Source: Alphaproteobacteria bacterium
Lineage (GTDB): Bacteria; Pseudomonadota; Alphaproteobacteria; UBA828
Direction of reading: 5' to 3'
Length of the DNA: 64,000 bases
Assembly: GCA_965214705.1 (NCBI GenBank)
Contig: CBDCCI010000002.1
Location: 672,001 to 736,000 of the forward strand
Shown piece after piece: positions 60,816 through 64,000 of the stretch. Position 1 is the stretch's first letter; each line of letters opens with the position of its first letter. The notes beneath the pieces are model-generated. The model had not been told where the DNA came from, made no database searches, and saw only the letters and a list, made by a program, of their open reading frames with translations. The position numbers were made by a program, and so were the translations under genes.

Positions 60816-61056
60816 CAGCCGCGGACCCGGCAGCGGCCCGGCACGCCGTCGCCGCCGAACCGCCCCGTCATCCGCCGTCCGGCGGCCGTTCGCCGCTGGC
60901 CCCGGGCAGTCGAAGCCGGACTTGCGTCATCGTCCGGTTGACCAGGAAATCCCCTATCCACGACCCGGCGAATCATGGAGGACTCGTACCACGAATCGGC
61001 CCGCTCGGGCGATTTCCGAGAGGCCCCGCGGCGATCGCGGACGCGCTTCGAGCGCA

Positions 61057-61329
61057 TCAGGGGTAGAGGACGGCCTCCGCCTTGCGGATCGGCGTGGCGC
61101 AGCGCCCACAGACGTATTCCGCCGTCTCGTCGCCGACCAATGGGCACTCCGCGACCACGACGTCGGCGAGGTCGACGCACTCCGGGCACGCGAGCGCGGG
61201 CGTCGCTCCTTCGCCCGCCCGGCACACGAGCCACGCATCCCAGGCCTGCCTGCCCGCCGTGCGCAGGGCCGCACGCGCCGCATGGGCATCGTGGAAGCGG
61301 CATGAACCGCGGTCGCTGTCGTCGGTCAT
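61057..61329 (-). CDS. Small putative zinc-ribbon protein
   Basis: CPEC..CGRC; possible RBS. Confidence 0.4.
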   Translation of the reverse strand: MTDDSDRGSCRFHDAHAARAALRTAGRQAWDAWLVCRAGEGATPALACPECVDLADVVVAECPLVGDETAEYVCGRCATPIRKAEAVLYP

Positions 61330-61690
61330 CGGTCGGGTCTCCTTGACGTGGGCGGCCCCTCCCCGGTGACCCGCATCCGCTGCGGCGTCCTGGGGCTGAA
61401 GCCGAGATAATCGACGGTCCCTTCAGGACCCGGATAGGGGGGACAGGCATCGCTCATGGCGTCTCTCCGGCAAGGGACCGGAGCACAGTCAACCAGCCCG
61501 CGGCCGGCACCGGCAGGGAGATATCGACCCCCCTCCCGAATTCTCCCCCCGGCAACCCGGGATTGCCGACCGGTCGCGTCGTCGCAATCGGGTTGGCCGC
61601 CTATCTCACCCTGCCGTCTTCAACGACCGGGCGCGCCATGGCACGATGCGCGCCTCGTTCCCCACCAACAGCCCCGCCGTCATCCCGAAC

Positions 61691-63791
61691 ATGACCATGC
61701 CCGAAGCCGACCTTCTGCAAGCCTGCCTCGACGAGCTCGACGGCCTCGACGACTCCCTCGACCGGAGGGAGCTGGCGGAGCAGCACGCGCCGGTGCTGCT
61801 CGGCAGGCCCGGCATCGCATCGAAGCTCGCCGCAAGCATCGCGCGCAACGATGACCCGGAGCGGAATGCTCCCCTCGACCTGTTCGCGGTCCTGGCCGAA
61901 CGGGCGGAACACGATGCCGAGAACCGCGGCCGCTTCGGCGAGCCCTTCCTCGCCGAGGCGCGCGGCGCCATCGACACGCTGGCCGCCGCCCGCGACCTGC
62001 CGGACCACGCCGCGCTCGGTCTGGCGCGCGCCTTCTTCCGCGCCGGCCTGGAAGCGCCGGAATGCCTCTTCCCGATCTTCGCCGGCGAACCCGGCACCGG
62101 CCAGGCGCTTGCCGCGTTTCCCGGCTTGCTGGACCGGGAAATCGACCGTCTCGCGCGCCATGCGGGCGGGGACGATCATCTGCTGCACGACCTCCTCGTC
62201 AACCTGATGGCGGTCCTTCCGTCCGAGTTCAGGCCGACCTTCGTCCACCATGTTGCGGGGCGCGATGAGGAGCGCTACGGCCGCGCCGCCCTCTACTGGC
62301 TGCTGGACCGCTCGCCCGAGGTTCGCCTGGCCGCCGCCAGCGGCCTCTCCGACCGGGTGCGGCGCGCCGCCATGGAGCCCGCCCTGCCGGCGCTCGTGCC
62401 GCTCATCCGCAACTGGATGCCGGAGGATTCCGCGCGTCCCTTGCTGGATACGGCCCTGCGCGAGGCCCGGCTGCGCGGCCGCTTCCACCCGATGGCGCGC
62501 CCGGCGGGCCGCCCGACGCGTTTCCTCGCCGCCCTGCCGGCCGGCTCAAGCATGCAGCATCTCGCCGCCATGCTCGAATCTGCGGAGGGACCCGCTTGCG
62601 CGGTGGTGGTGGTCAAGGCCGGCCACGGCGTCACCATCGTGCATGTCTTCCGGGGCGACGACGCCCTGAGCACCGTGTCCAACCTCGAGGACGAGCTGGG
62701 TGCGCTCGACGTGCCCTTCGAAGCCTTCGAGACCGCGCTTTCCGCCGCGCTCGCGGACGGTCTTGCCGGAGGGCGGCCTCCACCGGCCCGTCTGATCGAC
62801 GTCGCCGCCGGCTTCGGTCTTTCCGAGCTGCGCCCGCGGGCGATGACGGCGCCGGACTGGCTCGCGGAGCTCGACCCGGGAGGCGCGATCGCCGGCCTGC
62901 CCGACGAAGAGCGGGGCGAGCTGATCCGCCGCAGCACCGCGTGGCCCGACGACCGGCCGATCCTTGACACATGGTTCGAGGGAACGGCGCTGCTTGATGA
63001 CTCCCTTAAGGGCGCGGACGGTCCACGGCAGACGCTCGACGCCTTCCGGGCGCGCCTCGACGAGAGGCGCGTCGACTGGGCCCATCTAATGCTGCGCGCC
63101 GCCCATGTCCTGAAGGCCGCCGGCGACGGCGACTGGCGCTCCTTCGCGGCCGTGGCCTCAGCCCTGCTCGACGGACGCCCCCTCGAGGGCATTCCGGTCA
63201 TGGATAGCATCTTCCTTGCCACCGTCGACGCCTGGCACGAGGAGGAACGCCGGCTTCGCGCCGGCGACGCAGGGCGTCCAGACCCGTTGGCGGCCCTGGC
63301 CGAGGCCGCGGCGTGGCCGGAGGAGGACCTGCACTGCGCTTCTTCGCTGGCCTGGCTCGACGGCTACGTCGCGGCCGCGGTGCTCGCGCCCACGGGAGCC
63401 CCGTCCCGCGGAATGGCTCCACGCGCTCGCGGACGGGGTGCGGGGCATCGGCGGCGAGGGGACCGGGGAGTTCCTGCGCCGCGCGGCCCAGCGCCACAAC
63501 GAGATCGACCGCGCTATCGCGGAGAGCGGCGCCGCCGCAGACACGCTCGGCGGTTTCGGCGACGGCGAGCTGACAGCCTGGGCGCGGGGATTTGCCCAGG
63601 GGGTGCGCATCCTCGACGACGACTGGCCGCGCGACCAGCTCGAAATCGAGGATTACCCCGCGCTGTCGCTGCTCACCGCTCTCGCCGGCGGCGAGACCTC
63701 CGGCCGCGCGGCGCGCGCCGATCTCCCGGCCTACTTCGAGCGGAGGATGCGGATGCGCGTCTCCTCCCTCAACCTTCCCGACGAGGCGTAG
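61691..63791 (+). CDS. Hypothetical helical protein with C-terminal UPF0149/YecA-like domain; 1-nt frame change near 63390
   Basis: Long open frame absent from the ORF track (apparently no stop before the window end); WLDGYVAAAVLAP continues as PAEWL..WARGF in the next frame. Confidence 0.7.
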
Positions 63792-63849
63792 CGCTTCCAC
63801 ACGGGCCGGACGGCACGGCACGGTTCCATACGGGAGGAAGTCCGTACGC

Positions 63850-64000
63850 GGCTGCTGCACGCGAGCTACTTCTCGGCCTCGGACGACGCCGACGCCGACA
63901 GCTACGACACGCAGTCCGCCCGCTTCGACCAGGACGCCATGCACATGACGATCAAGCTGCTCGCCACGGAGGACGAAGCCAGGAAGCACACCATCGCGGA
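63850..64000 (+). pseudogene. Start-less coding fragment running off the window
   Basis: LHASYFSASDDADADSYDTQ.. protein-like sequence with no start after the upstream stop. Confidence 0.35.

Overview
High-GC, probably alphaproteobacterial (inference) mobile and defence region with no housekeeping genes. From left to right: (1) A Cre-like tyrosine recombinase lies between two inverted 31-bp palindromic sites, with an outward-facing TTGACA inside the segment, just upstream of a 2011-aa modular autotransporter adhesin; this is a candidate promoter-inversion switch. (2) Relics of an integrative element, a type II TA pair and an FRG gene. (3) A Type III R-M locus whose res gene is broken by a nested stack (IS91-like element > IS110/IS1111 > IS66) and by an adjacent DUF4338-ISAs1; the IS110 non-coding end carries readable guide segments matching the conserved YNSC motif of IS91 transposases. 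(4) A PLD-ATPase gene, MOBF relaxase with candidate oriT, an HNH / tandem REase-fold / minimal nucleotidyltransferase operon, AbiE, and an integrase next to a tRNA-fMet 3' att fragment. (5) HigBA and a SIR2 relic, then a coupled operon of PAPS-reductase-like enzyme, cysteine desulfurase, GHKL ATPase, two unknown proteins and a dGTPase, converging on GIY-YIG + DGQHR/DndB; this is the best candidate for an undescribed sulfur-modification defence system and is hit by two IS5-type MITEs. (6) topB split by a second IS91-like copy, recQ and a UPF0149-domain gene. All family calls come from motif recognition by eye; no database searches were run.
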